DNA of 63,544 nt, the filler included, from Dicyema japonicum (lineage: Eukaryota; Animalia; Dicyemida), in NCBI GenBank assembly GCA_011109175.1. It is 4 parts of 4 records of this genome, joined end to end, with 100 filler letters (N's around TTAATTAATTAA, not from the genome) between each part and the next. Parts side by side here need not be neighbours in the genome. Positions count along the whole stretch, not along the records: positions 1 to 15,272 come from RDEW01000006.1; positions 15,373 to 46,478 come from RDEW01000044.1; 2 more parts are not named here. One strand, 5' to 3'. Both the position numbers and the translations under genes were made by a program. This document shows, one piece after another, positions 13,201 to 26,200 of this stretch (within the stretch, counting starts at the first letter, position 1; each line of letters begins with the position of its first letter). The notes beneath the pieces were generated by a model. That model was given only the letters and a program-made list of their open reading frames with translations, did not search any database and was not told the DNA's origin.

Positions 13201-13540
13201 GATGGGAGAGGATCATACCTGAAGGACATCGAAGGGCGAAGGAAGAAAGCTTTGCAAGCATTGTTCTGCACTAGAAGACTAAAGTTAAATGTTGATTCCA
13301 TGCTCTTTGTCTTTCGGAATGTGATTCTTCCCAGACTTATTTAAGGAAGCAAGGGATGGTTCTACATTCCCTCGAGAGAGAAGATTCTTGCCCGACTAGA
13401 GAAAACAAGGCGAGCGGCAATCAAACTATCCCTTGGTAAGAAATTGTACAAAGACCTGACTGAGGAAGAGAACAAACTTGTGAGGCCAGTAAGGGAGGAT
13501 ATTCAAAACAGGAGGCTTAACTATCTTGACTAGTAATTGG
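10207..13540 (+). mobile_element. APE-RT LINE ORF2, Jockey/I-like, decayed and split by an RTE insertion
   Basis: APE: NLKVVLVNARSL and DVLVVNETK. RT: KAPG, KPGK..SYRPISL and LDISKAFNSVW before the insertion, then GVPQGSILSPLLFNI, YADDI and KYLG after it. Confidence 0.85.
12125..12859 (+). mobile_element. 5'-truncated RTE-like LINE with (TAA)n tail, nested in the LINE RT
   Basis: Encodes KKLGSLLG, LYNALVRPILLYNAGTW, RWRLFGHIL and RGRPRTTLP. The tail is ATAATAATAA, and the TSD ATATCGTTT sits at 12116-12124 and 12860-12868. Confidence 0.9.
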
Positions 13541-13615
13541 ATATCAAGGAAAAAAAGGGTACCCGGATGAACAGTCCAGGCCAACCGGCGGACTGATAGT
13601 TATTTCAATATATTT

Positions 13616-14695
13616 TCGTGTTGTTGTGGACGGACGCTCGTTGTTATGAATATGCCTGTTGTGAGAAAAGCACCTGAAAATAATTTTCCCACTTCGAAGA
13701 AAAAGGTACCAGCCAAGTCAACTGAGATGTGTTCGTCCTGTTGGCTTGTCAAAACTCGGAATCGTAGGATCTCTTGCTCTGCTTGTGGAGATTTCTTTCA
13801 CCTCAGGTGTATCAAGCTATCCCAAGCCGCAGCGAGAGTGCTTGGAGTATGGCACTGCCAGTCATCTTCAGCCTATGCAGGGAGGTTCCCCGTGCCCGTG
13901 CCAACGTTAACTCTTCAGTTAACTTTTCAGTCACGGACCCTGAAATATTCATACGTCTCATCTCTGAATTACGTTCTTCACGGACCATCCCTCTGAGGAT
14001 TCCCAAGGCCATACGACCTGTTTCTGCGGAGGCCTTTTCCAAAACGATTGAAAATGCCCTCCGGACTAACGCAGTACATGATTGGATGCGCTTATTCAGT
14101 TTTGCGCCTTTCGCACAGGACTTGATCGGAAAGGAGTCTCTCGCCACCACCTTGAGGACCAACGTTCGTTCTTTTTGGGAAGTATCCACATCCCCAGTTG
14201 TCCCATGGCATTTAACCGTACGAGGGAGACACGTGGTCACATCGAGGAAGTCGAAGTGCTCCGTCTTAAAAGAACTGTTTGGTCGGAGTTAATCGAGGGT
14301 GGCACCCGCGCAGCCATCAGAGCACTTTCCTCGAGTGGACCACGAAAACCGACTCTTGACGCCTACAATATTTTACTGAACAAGCATCCACTGCAACCCC
14401 AAAACTTACGCCAAGTCGATCCCCCATCCAGAGTGAGTCTTCTGATTGCATCAAACGATGAGGTTCTCCTCGCAATATGGAATGTTGCTTTTAGTAGCAG
14501 TGTCGGGCTCGACGGAATGAGACCTGGCTACCTGAAGGATCTAACCTCTTTGTCCGTAGGAGACCAGGGACTTCGTTTTACGAATTCAATTACTTAACTT
14601 ATGAACCGGATCATGTCTGGAGTTATTCCCGAAGTTATCCTCCATGTCCTGTTCTCGACAATTTGATAGCCTTCGATAAGAAGGGAGGCGGTTAT
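13616..14695 (+). mobile_element. CRE-like RLE retrotransposon 5' fragment with PHD finger
   Basis: Encodes CSSC..CSAC...FHLRC...WHC (PHD, last Cys lost), then IPLRIPKA, WMRLFSFAP, KHP and GLDGMRP. It is colinear with the element at 29155. Confidence 0.85.
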
Positions 14696-14934
14696 TCGCC
14701 TTTTGGTACAATTCCGTACCATTCGAAACTCTAAATTATTTGCATTTTGTTATTTTATTTATTGAAATACATGTCATTTCAAAACACAACCTTGCTTGGC
14801 CGTTTTCGATAACCTTTTGTGTAAATTTTTTGACACCTTAAGAAATCCACTTATCTCATTCATTTCTCAAATATGATTTGAATGCAGAATTAACTCTTAC
14901 ATCCCACGGTTGAAGATTTGGAATTGTTTTCACA

Positions 14935-15130
14935 GGCGAGAAGTTTTAGTCCTCGAGAACACGAAGAATATAAATATCTGGGTATTACTTAAATTCTTAA
15001 GTTCATTGTTATGCCCGATACAAAGCGACAAATTACTGAAGACAAACGTAGAAGAGCTGCGTTATTATGTAAAACGTCTTTAAATGAAGGGATTTGTGCT
15101 ATTCGCTGCTAAACCATTACATAGGCATTG
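14935..15130 (+). mobile_element. Short fragment of a diverged R4-like subfamily
   Basis: Aligns to the reverse complement of ~1480-1680 (HEEYKYLG..MPDTKRQITE..RAALLCKTSLN). Confidence 0.75.
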
Positions 15131-15272
15131 GCCTCAGATCTTGGTATATGAGCAGATCTCAGAATGAGCGAAGTAAAAAAGGTATCCACACAAGTTACAT
15201 CCCAAATTAATGATTTTCTCAAAAACTGTCACAAAGCTCGGGAATATATCTCGATGGCTATTAACAGAATAA

Positions 15273-15372
15273 NNNNNNNNNNNNNNNNNNNNNNNNNNNN
15301 NNNNNNNNNNNNNNNNTTAATTAATTAANNNNNNNNNNNNNNNNNNNNNNNNNNNNNNNNNNNNNNNNNNNN
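15273..15372. other. Artificial scaffold linker
   Basis: N44 + TTAATTAATTAA (stops in all six frames) + N44. Confidence 0.97.
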
Positions 15373-15745
15373 CTTTAGCTCTTCAAAAATTTGAGTCTCC
15401 ATATGATGAGAGTGTAACAATTACCAATATATTTACTCACAATATTGTCTGAATACAGATGACCGATGGAAATAAAAAAAACATATATGAAACGCATCAA
15501 AAAAGATAATTAAAGATGAATAATTTTTATATGATCTTATTTTTAAATTAATAAAAAAACACTTTTTCCCAATATCTTTGTTACGAAGCGTTTGCAGCTC
15601 TGGGAATCAATTTTATTCTAAAACGGCCAGATTAATCTCGAGTTATTTAGTTAAGTTAGCGTTAAAACTTTGGCAGAAGCGTTTAGAATTGTTTTAGGTT
15701 ACGACCTAACAAGAATAAACTGGGAACACTACAGAAGGTACATAT

Positions 15746-16400
15746 NNNNNNNNNNNNNNNNNNNNNNNNNNNNNNNNNNNNNNNNNNNNNNNNNNNNNNN
15801 NNNNNNNNNNNNNNNNNNNNNNNNNNNNNNNNNNNNNNNNNNNNNNNNNNNNNNNNNNNNNNNNNNNNNNNNNNNNNNNNNNNNNNNNNNNNNNNNNNNN
15901 NNNNNNNNNNNNNNNNNNNNNNNNNNNNNNNNNNNNNNNNNNNNNNNNNNNNNNNNNNNNNNNNNNNNNNNNNNNNNNNNNNNNNNNNNNNNNNNNNNNN
16001 NNNNNNNNNNNNNNNNNNNNNNNNNNNNNNNNNNNNNNNNNNNNNNNNNNNNNNNNNNNNNNNNNNNNNNNNNNNNNNNNNNNNNNNNNNNNNNNNNNNN
16101 NNNNNNNNNNNNNNNNNNNNNNNNNNNNNNNNNNNNNNNNNNNNNNNNNNNNNNNNNNNNNNNNNNNNNNNNNNNNNNNNNNNNNNNNNNNNNNNNNNNN
16201 NNNNNNNNNNNNNNNNNNNNNNNNNNNNNNNNNNNNNNNNNNNNNNNNNNNNNNNNNNNNNNNNNNNNNNNNNNNNNNNNNNNNNNNNNNNNNNNNNNNN
16301 NNNNNNNNNNNNNNNNNNNNNNNNNNNNNNNNNNNNNNNNNNNNNNNNNNNNNNNNNNNNNNNNNNNNNNNNNNNNNNNNNNNNNNNNNNNNNNNNNNNN
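15746..16400. other. Assembly gap
   Basis: Run of N. Confidence 1.
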
Positions 16401-16765
16401 TAGAATCGTTTTTAAAAGAGCTTCAAGAGAGATTTAATGATTTCTCGTTTTTTGAACATTGATTTTTCTTATTCACAGTACCATTTCTACTAATGTTCAA
16501 AGGCAGATGAAAGCATACAAATAGAACTATGCAATCCAATCAGATTCATTCAGATTCTATAAGTAAAGGTAAATATTTTGAGGTTTTTTTCATTTATGAA
16601 ATTGACAAAATCTGCTTAATGAACAAGACTTACTGATGAATTTTTGTCGCTTTAATAAACTCGGAATTACACAAATAGCTGAGCCCAACATATCAAAAAT
16701 TGTATCCAAAAAAGATGTTATTATAAATGCGGCCCTCAAAGCGAAATGAATTTGACACCCATACC
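16401..16765 (+). mobile_element. Second SPIN-like hAT 3' end (internally deleted)
   Basis: Similar to 8560-9115 and shares the terminus TTATAAATGCGGCCC...TTTGACACCC. Confidence 0.75.
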
Positions 16766-19486
16766 CTATCATGTAATCTTCTCATCCAAGGAGACGGTCA
16801 GTGGCTGACACTTTACCTCACAAGAGAGGTTCCAAGAGTATCGGATATGTATGTAATAGATTATTCAAGAGAATGCTCTCACTCACATCGTGGGTACTGA
16901 GTTAATTTGTTATTTGAAGACTAGTTTTAATCCGATTTGAGTCTCTTATTGCTGATTTACCAATTTAAAATGAATATATTCCTTGGATATGGATAATGGG
17001 ATTGATTTCAAGAATATTCATAATTATGGATTTGAGTCACTCAGGTTGATAAAGACCAAACAATCAATAGCGACAAAGAATAAATGAACGCTTCAATCAA
17101 CTGTTACTATAAGTCTATATATAATGAGGCTTTTGGAAGGTGCGAATAATGAATAAAATGGTATGGAACCACATTTGCTGAAAGTAATCAGATCGTATAC
17201 AATTGCTATGCGACATTACTTCCTATTACAACCAATTGACCTATGCTCCTCTTTTTGTCTGTCATTCAAAGAGCGGCAAAAAAATTCAAAGTTGTTATTC
17301 AAATTCGTCCGCTTACCTACCTAGTGAACATCGAACTAATAATTACCTTTTATTGTGGATATAAAAATGAATATCCGGTTTCGTTGGTCTCAATTTTTCT
17401 ACAAAATATTTTAATGCATTCTAATGAGACGGATCTTGATGAACTAACCCTTCCTGGCTTAACCGTTTAAGTAACACAAAACCACAGGCAGAATATAGGT
17501 TGTCAGATCTCTAACCGTTTACATGACCCAGTAACCAGAATTGTCATGTAATTGATGGTAATGTCTCCTTTATCTACTTGTTTGTTGTAATATGACCCCA
17601 ATAGTACAGTTAGACTGACTGTGTTAGAATCAATGTCTATTAGCTAAAATAAAGTCTTGGCAGTGGTGGATGAAACTCCAGATCGCAGTAATGTAGTAAT
17701 ACAGTCATCATTTAACTTGATTGGGTTCTGAAATTGAATGACTTGATTCATTAAAGCATGGAGTGACTGATGGATGTGGTTTCTTTTTCTTATATAATAA
17801 AGAATGTTAGGGAAGTCTGTGGAAGCAAATGTTCGTATTATTTAATGTTTTCTATCTCAATTTTCGCGATGAGACAAAAACATGATGTTTCTTCACACAC
17901 GAACAGAGCCGTTGATTATATTATGAAGATCAATAATTATGTATTCTTCAGCTAAAAACATGCTTCTTTCACCACTTTCAGTGGTTTTGGTAAATAATAT
18001 CAACGAAAACTGATGAAATGAAGGCGACTATTCAAGCCGATAAAATATGCTTTNTGAGACAAAAACATGATGCTTCTTCATACGCGAACAGAGCCGTTGA
18101 TTATATTTTGAAGATCAATAATTATGTATTCTTCAGCTAAAAACATGCTTCTTTCACCACTTTCAGTGATTTTGGTAAATAATATCAAAGAAAACTGATG
18201 AAATGAAGGCGACTATTCAAGCCGATAAAAATCTGCTTTCTAATGAAACAGGAAATATCTGAAAATCGTTATATTAGAGGGAACCATCAAGTCAACAAGT
18301 TACAGTAACAGCTATAGGACTATAGTTAATATATTTATGCATATTGGTAACAATGCATTAATCATTCCTTGTGTATAGGGTTTGTTAGCGATTTAATGGT
18401 TATTTTCTTAGTAATCAGCAGAGTTTTTCATTTAATTGACCGGGAGTTAATAGGTAATAATTTTTGTTACTTATAAGTGGAGTTTACAAGAATTCATCGC
18501 TAAAAAAATAAAAAAAATATAGACCGATTTAATTGACCGGGAGTTAATAGGTAATAATTTTTGTTACTTATAAGTGGAGTTTACAAGAATTCATCGCTAA
18601 AAAAATAAAAAAAATATAGACCGATTTAATTTTATCAAACCAAAAGCGTACACTCCCAGAGATCTGTCATGTGGACCTGATGTGATGCAGAACTTGAAAA
18701 CACCACGAGTTTCCTGGTCTCGTCGATTATTATTAATGCAACACACGTTAACCATAACACCCATAGTATTACCAATTCGCCTATAAAAATGATCAAATTA
18801 ACTAAGGGTTACTCCTTTCACCGTCTTGTGGAACCACTCTCAATCCCCCATGGTGTTCTCCGCGTCTTAATTTTCTTTTGATCTACTTGAAGACTGATAG
18901 TTATCCCGTCCTCACTAACACGTAGGATGCCGCCTGAAATCAAGCGAGAGTGTTTGGCCCTCTCGTGAAATTTTGCAGTCCTTCGGGTTGAAATGGTTCA
19001 AGAATCATAGACTCNTATTATTATTAATGCAACACACGTAAATCATAACACCCATAGTATTACCAATTCGCCTATAAAAATGATCAAATTAACTAAGCGT
19101 TACTCCTTTCACCGTCGTGTGGAACCTCTCTCAAACCCCCATGGTGTTCTCGCGTCTTAATTTTCTTTTGATGTACTTGAAGACTGATAGTTATCCCGTC
19201 CTCACTAACACGTAGGATGCCGCCTGAAATCAAGCGAGAGTGTTTGGCCCCCTCGTGAAATTTTGCAGTCCTTCGGATTGGAATGGTTCAAGAATCATAG
19301 ACTCAAAAATAAGGCCGATAATCCTGTTGGCGGCTTCCTGGAGTTCGGTCAACTTCTTCATCAACCTCCCACGCCTTATGGGAACATTAAATCCAGCGTT
19401 ATTCAAACATATTTTTAGTTTAATATTAAAAAATTAAAATAATTATTAATAAATTTTTAAAAAAAATTATTGATTTAAATACTTTA

Positions 19487-19689
19487 ATGACAAGTATGTT
19501 GTAGTAAATTAGGTTTGAGGGGGCAACCAAAGAGATCTTGCACGAGAAAAAAATCAAAAAAAGAAGCAAACTGCGACTCGTCCTGCAAATCAACAAGAAA
19601 ATAATAAAGGACTTTCTTACCAAGAACGACTCATTAGAGACTCCAAAATAATGCAAGAAAAGCAAGCTAAAAAATTGAATGACAAATGA
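19487..19689 (+). CDS. SERF: SERF/4F5-family small EDRK-rich protein, 58 aa, two exons (19487-19493, 19520-19689)
   Basis: Removing the 26-nt GT..AG intron at 19494-19519 gives MTRGNQRDLAREKNQKKKQTATRPANQQENNKGLSYQERLIRDSKIMQEKQAKKLNDK*. This carries the family signatures MxRGNQRxLAR.KN.KK and RDxxIMQEKQ. Confidence 0.92.
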
Positions 19690-21183
19690 TTGCTGTAAAA
19701 TTTTTTGACTCAATAATTGACTTTGTTAATTGCGGAGATATTTCTTTCTGTAATGTGAATTAGCTTATTTTGCTTCACATCAGATCCTCAGATTGAATCA
19801 TGTGAAGTAACTTTTTAATGATTGACCAGTGAGATTTGTGGCAACGTGTAACTACGTGATTGAATATTTCCCTTTTGCTTTCAGGTAACGAGTTTTTGCT
19901 TGACCTACATAGATGAGGCCATACTGGAACGAGTCAGGATCTCAGGATTACTAAGTTTGGTTTACCCAAAGACTCACATAAGAGTTGTAGAGTTGTATGA
20001 GGTGAAATCCTCCCAGATAACGTCTTATGGATCAGTGTTTAATTGTCGGCTCCCCCATGATAGTAATTAGTAATGTTTATTAAAAGATTTTTACGTTTGT
20101 GGAGATTTGCCAGATGCTCTATATTTGTGATTATTTTAGTGTGAGCATGTCTGATGTGTCCTCTTTTACAGATACTCAAATTAATACGTTTCTTCCATAT
20201 CAATTTTCTCTCTGTTCAATGCAATATTCATGCAAAAGACGATTGCAATTGCTATTTCGTTTAATGAAGTTTTATATTCTTTTATCATAGTTTTGTTTTT
20301 TATTCAACATATGTTCCTTATGATTGAGGATGCTTCCATTGCGCGTGCTCTAATGAACGAGATAGAATGATGGCTAAAAATCAACACCAGATTGCACACA
20401 AACACTCAATTCGATAATTGAATTTAAATGAAACAAAAGATAAATAGTTCTCTATTTTATTTTTTAACAGGTTACATCAAAAAATTGGATGATAGATTAT
20501 TTAATTATTTAAATAATTACAAGAATAAATATTTCATAATTTAAAAAAATCAGTAAATAAAAACCTCGATAGATAAAATTCGCCCTCGTTGAGAACACTA
20601 CTCTGAATCACTGTACTTCAACAAGATCAGATTGTGGTAGTCCAACTATATTAACATACTAGCTTAAGGAAAGCAACGGGATAGATAAGAGATTAGAGTT
20701 TGTACTTTTTTGGAATTTATTGAACATTGTCAATCGCCATGAGTTCATTTCTACATCCCCACATTGGCAGTCTTTGATGTAACATACTTATGCAGGATAT
20801 GAAATTTCGAGTCTTTTTTAATTACTTCAACGTGACAGTAAATCAAATCCATAACAATGCCGTAAATAGTGAAACATCATTTGTAAACCAAAATTCTCTA
20901 CGTGATTAATAATAGTCAATTCGAAACTAAGTACATCGAATGTCACTACATTTAATTAACCGAGAATCACCAATATAGGAAAAGTATTAGGTGATCCCTG
21001 ACCTTCTTTTTAACATCCTATCATTCACTTTATGTGATTTCATGGAGTCGTCTAGCTCATGTACATGGATTATGAATTGTGCCATTTTACCTGAAAAAAC
21101 GTCGAAAGTGTGTAATCCCTTCACAGGTGTCGATCTTGGTTGTATTCATTGTTACCCTATGATGGCGATTATCATGATGGTTT

Positions 21184-21300
21184 GTCCGATACCTAAATGG
21201 GGCACCAAGTTTACCAAAATGCGGGGATGCCCGAAAAACAGGAGTTTATTATTATTTCTGATATTGAGTCAATAATTAACATCAAACAACATTTTTGCAA
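21184..21300. mobile_element. Decayed Tigger/pogo terminus
   Basis: GTCCGATACCTAAATGGGGCACCAAG...AAAAACAGG resembles the terminus at 60155-60220. Confidence 0.55.
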
Positions 21301-22499
21301 AAATAATCAGTTATTTTAAATTTAGTTTTAGAGTTTTTTCGTATATTATTTGTTTATTTTAGCCGGAATTTAAGAAGTCTCACTGCCAAAATAATCAGTT
21401 ATTTTAAATTTAGTTTTAGAGTTTTTTCGTATATTATTTGTTTATTTTAGCCGGAATTTAAGAAGTCTCACAGCATTTTTGGTGCCACATGGTAAATTAT
21501 ATCTACCAAATTGTTTAGCAAATCCTTTGTTTCCTCTACGGCACTTTCAATATTGTCCGTTTCTTAATATCTACTATAGATATTATTTTTGGATTCAATT
21601 TTTGAAGCTGTAACTAATGCGACTTTCTTCAGAATATGGCCTTAAATCGGAATTTTGTTTACTATCGCAGATAGGTTCTTTCACGGTCAGATGAACTATA
21701 GCTAAGATTGGTTTCCAGAACAATTGAAGTCCATTGGTTTTCCGTTATTGCGAATTTTGTGTGTTTCGATATTCTCGGAATTGAGGCGATTTTACAAATT
21801 TGCAGAGTCGATTTTTAGAATTGACTNTTTCTTCAGAATATGGCTTTAAATCGGAATTTTGTCTACTATCGCAGATAGGTTCTTTCACGGTCAGATGAAC
21901 TTTAGCTAAAATTGGTTTCCAGAACAATTGAAGTCCATTGGATTTCCGTTATTGCGAATTTTGTGTGTTTCGATATTCTCGGAATTGAGGAGTTTTTACA
22001 AATTTGTAGAGTCGATTTTTAGAATTGACTAATCTGAGCAGTTCAGCTCTCTTTTGTCGTTTTTCACGACTTCTAAAATAAAATTAATCAAGACAGTCTC
22101 ATATTCTCCATAATTAATCCTCCCGTCTTCTCTCACTCTTCTTAGTCTTCTCTAATATATTCTTTGCAAGAGTGTTCGTCCTTTCATTCTCCCCCACTTT
22201 TTTCCCCTTAGCCGCCTTCAATAACCTTGATCTCCTCAATATCTTCTATACAGTACTCTTACCAGTCGAACCAAAAACACGTTGTTTTTCTATAATATTA
22301 ACGACACAACATCTCTAATATATTCTTTGCAAGAGTGTTCGTCCTTTCATTCTCCCCCACTTTTTTCCCCTTAGCCGCCTTCAATAACCTTGATCTCCTC
22401 AATATCTTCTATACAGTACTCTTACCAGTCGAACCAAAAACACGTTGTTTTTCTATAATATCAACGGCAAAACACACAAATCAGGATAATTTAGTGACT

Positions 22500-23200
22500 A
22501 TATATTAATAGAATATGTACTTTCTCTGAGTATCCCCCAACATTTGGTTCTCATTTGGCAATATTAGGAGAACACATTAAGTTTCGTTGATAATTATTCC
22601 TTTTGTGGAGATATCAGGCATACCCTCATGGTCTGTTCACTCAGAGTTGATATTGGGAAGAATCACATGGGCTGTGTTAAATCTGGCTTTTTTGGGGTCA
22701 GTGGAAAGATCCACGTGGTCTGTGATGATTGTTGGTCTTTCTTTAATAGTATTAGAGGGATCCAAGTGAATCGTATTACGGGATGACTTAGGATAAGTCT
22801 GAAATATTATCTACTGTTTACTATTGGATAATTGGATTCCTCGTCTAACAAATCTTTAATACACCTCAAACCTACTGTTTCGGATAGCAATCGATTATTG
22901 GGAAATTCGGAGAATGGTTGTTCTACAACCTTCTAGAATATCCTATACCTTCCACTTTCATAGGTTGAATTTGCCATTGGAAAACTTAAAAACTACTTCT
23001 TCGGTAATGTTTGCATGAGATGATGGGTGGATGTGGGTTTTGGAAAACTCTGATATTTTTAATCAACTGACCTGTTTTGGTGGAAACTTTTGAAAATCTC
23101 ATCTTTTTCGAACTGAAATCACTTCATTCTTTAGCAAAGAGTTTTCATAATGGAAAATCTTCATCAATAGATTTCTCTCTTTATTACAGATAAATTCCCA
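22500..23200 (-). pseudogene. Possible decayed host gene with tiny introns; product unknown
   Basis: GT..AG segments of 22, 26 and 23 nt (23050-23071, 22923-22948, 22799-22821) lie between coding-like stretches, but in-frame stops remain. Confidence 0.3.
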
Positions 23201-26200
23201 TAATGGCTAATATTTAAAAAAAACGTGATGTTTGGACTAGAATACGTGTCACTTTTAACGATGGAAAAAATATATTTCTGGTATATCCAGGTTTATTTTA
23301 AATTCTATTGATTACGAAGTATTTCATTTATTTACAACTCAAGACCTTTGATGTAGATTCCCTGAGTGCTTATTGATTTTAGTGAACTACAAATATAATA
23401 TCACAGATTTTGTTAACACATCCACATCTCACATAACAATCAGATAATTTAGTAGTTGGGTTATCTGTGGTCCCTTTTGATATGTCTCAGAACAAAGTTG
23501 GTTTGTGTCTCAGTTTGTCAACTGAACATGCGCTGTCAATCCGACTGCTTAAATTTGCAGTACTAGAACAAACACGACTATAAACGATACAGCGGCGAAT
23601 ATAGTCAAACTACGTTATAAGTACTAAGACTTTTATAGGTTACTATACTCTCTCTCTTTTAGGAGAAACATTTGTCGCAATAAGCTAACAGGATGTTAGG
23701 AAAGAAGCAATGTGGATTATAAACAATGTGTATACAAAAAAAACGGATTAGAAACATTGGCGGCAACGAAGAATATTCGAGACGTTTCCAGAACCAACAC
23801 CGTTCGCGAGCATCTCTCAACCTGAACGATATTCCGCTTTCAACATCACTGAGAATACCTATGGTCAGAGGCCCGGCCACATCCAAAATCCGAAATACAA
23901 TATGGAACTTGAGACTGAAATTTAATATTAGACAAATATTACAAGAGATGCAAATCGCTAGCTCAGACCCTGTGCTGATTATAACTACGACAGAGCGTAT
24001 GTACATTCAGAGCATTTAGCAAAGTCGCATTTAATCATTCAATTCCATTGTGACCATGACGCTCGAATTTGTCCAGGGCAGTATTTCTCAGCCTTTTTTT
24101 CATATCTCCCTATAAAAAATTTCCGACCTTGTTAATAATTTAATAACTATAGAAAAACCGAGTTTTAATTTTTACGGAAAACACAAATAAATCAACTGGA
24201 TTACTTTGATTGTTTGGTTACGGCAATTAATTATTCATTTGTGATAAAAAATTAAATTAAAATTACTACTTGAAATTAAATCAATATTACTTTTTGTCTC
24301 TTGAAGAGAAGTAGTTGACTTGAAACCCTTCCATTTACTTTTCACACGGGTTGTCTGGCATGTCATCGGTGATTGGTTGCCGTAGCCAAATCTCCTTGAT
24401 AGTGCGCACCCCATATTTGTTCTCCGCCAACATGCTCTCTAACGTCTTTTTGTGATGTTCTAGTTGGTGCATCGATAATCTTATAATTAACGATGTATTC
24501 CGAAAATAAGTCCAGGGCTTAGGTTTGTTCACTTGATATGTTCATGTCAAAGATAATGTGCGTATTTGAAATAAATAAATTAAATTTAAATTTAAACGAT
24601 TCCAAAGACCAAGGGTAAACAAACTAACTAACTTGTAGAACCTCACTCGTTCCAGCATTCCAGAACTTGTCTCCAGATAACGACATTTTCTCCGAAGAAG
24701 GAAGTTCCATAATTAAATTTTATTGTGAGATGGAAGAGTGAGATGGAATAGTCGCTTCGCTAGAAAACTCATCACAATATGACAGACACAATGGGTTAAG
24801 TGGATAATTCGATTTTAAATAAAATCAAAAGAAAAATAGTTCTCTATTTATTTTGGAAAAAACAGCGAAAATGTTTGAGAAAAATAACGGAAAGGAAAAT
24901 TGAAAAAAATGGCACAAGCGAATTTATAAATAGTTTTTATTGGTGACACGAATTTGTTTAATTAACTATTTATTTTATTCTTTACAAATACCATGAAAAG
25001 TTGCATTATTATTTAATTATTTAAAATTAATTTAAGTATAAATATTTAATAATTTAAAAAATCACTAATTAAAAACTCGCCGCCTGAAAAAAATAACACT
25101 GTCGACGATACGAGCGGAGTTTTTGGGCCAAAAAATATCAAGATCGCTTGGGTCAATGATATTGAAAATGAGTAATGAGCCTCGAAAAACCAAATGGCTT
25201 TTCCAAAGGATTTCTTTGGCAGTTGTAAGGATGAACATCCATTCCATCCTTTCAGTTAGATTACTTTGATTGTCTCATTGCAAAATAAATTGTTTTCTTA
25301 ACGAACATTTGTAATATTAATGTTTTTTATACAAATTATTGATTTTAGAGTCCTTTCATTCTCACAACATGGATTCAGAGGGCGTTATTTAACCACTACC
25401 CACCTAACTTCCCTCAACCAGTTTACCATTGAAGGTTTAATCACAAATCCTCGCCACTTCAAACCGTCGTTTGGTCGGTCGATCTAATATTCTTTATTTA
25501 AAAAAGGTAATGTAAATTAAAGGGATCTATTATGGGTTGGAGGCACTGAGCACGCAATGGGTGTTCTACGATGTTAGCACCACCCCCTCTCTGCCGACGT
25601 ACGTAAACTAGATAATGTAAATGTCCTCTGTTTCTTTTGTAACCTCTCTGAGTTGATAGAAAAACGCCTTATCGAATGTTATGAACTTGTTCGCTGTTCT
25701 TCTACAATTCCAAAGTTGACCGATCTATAGAGGACAGGTATTTGCTGCGACTACTTAATATCCTTTGGTTTTTTACAAGTTAGTGAGACGTACGCTGTTC
25801 TTCTACAATTCCAAAGTTGACCGATCTATAGAGGACAGGTATTTGCTGCGACTACTTAATAGCCTTTGGTTTTTTACAAGTTAGTGAGACCAGGATTACT
25901 TAACTAACCAACGAAGTGGTAGACAAATTATCTGGAAGAACCATCATGTGATTCAGGCTCGTCTTTCTGCAATTTTGCAAGGCGACCGATAACTTTAATA
26001 AACTATGAGATGTAGGGGCAATGCTCGCCAGACATTTTTCCTTCTTCTGTAATCTTTAGAGTAATTCCGAAAAACGGCGATGACTTGATTAGAATTACGT
26101 TTTGTAAGGTATCCGTGCACATATTGGAAAGTAAGACACCTCTATTTGCTCAATGGCATAATCTTTACGCCATTAGGCTTCTTGTCATCACTTCTGTCAA

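Noticed and set aside
15273-15372. TTAATTAATTAA palindrome recurring three times (also 46523 and 60591)
   Set aside because: It is always centred in exactly 44+44 N, so it is a six-frame stop linker added during concatenation. Adjacency across these points has no biological meaning.
15670-16437. 255-aa ORF
   Set aside because: It is almost all X and spans the N gap, joining a LINE fragment to a hAT fragment.
21745-21960. In-frame TAA within an otherwise open frame, hinting at stop-codon reassignment
   Set aside because: The three modelled genes end in TGA, TAG and TAA, and the SERF and LAMP-like frames need no readthrough. Decay explains this better.
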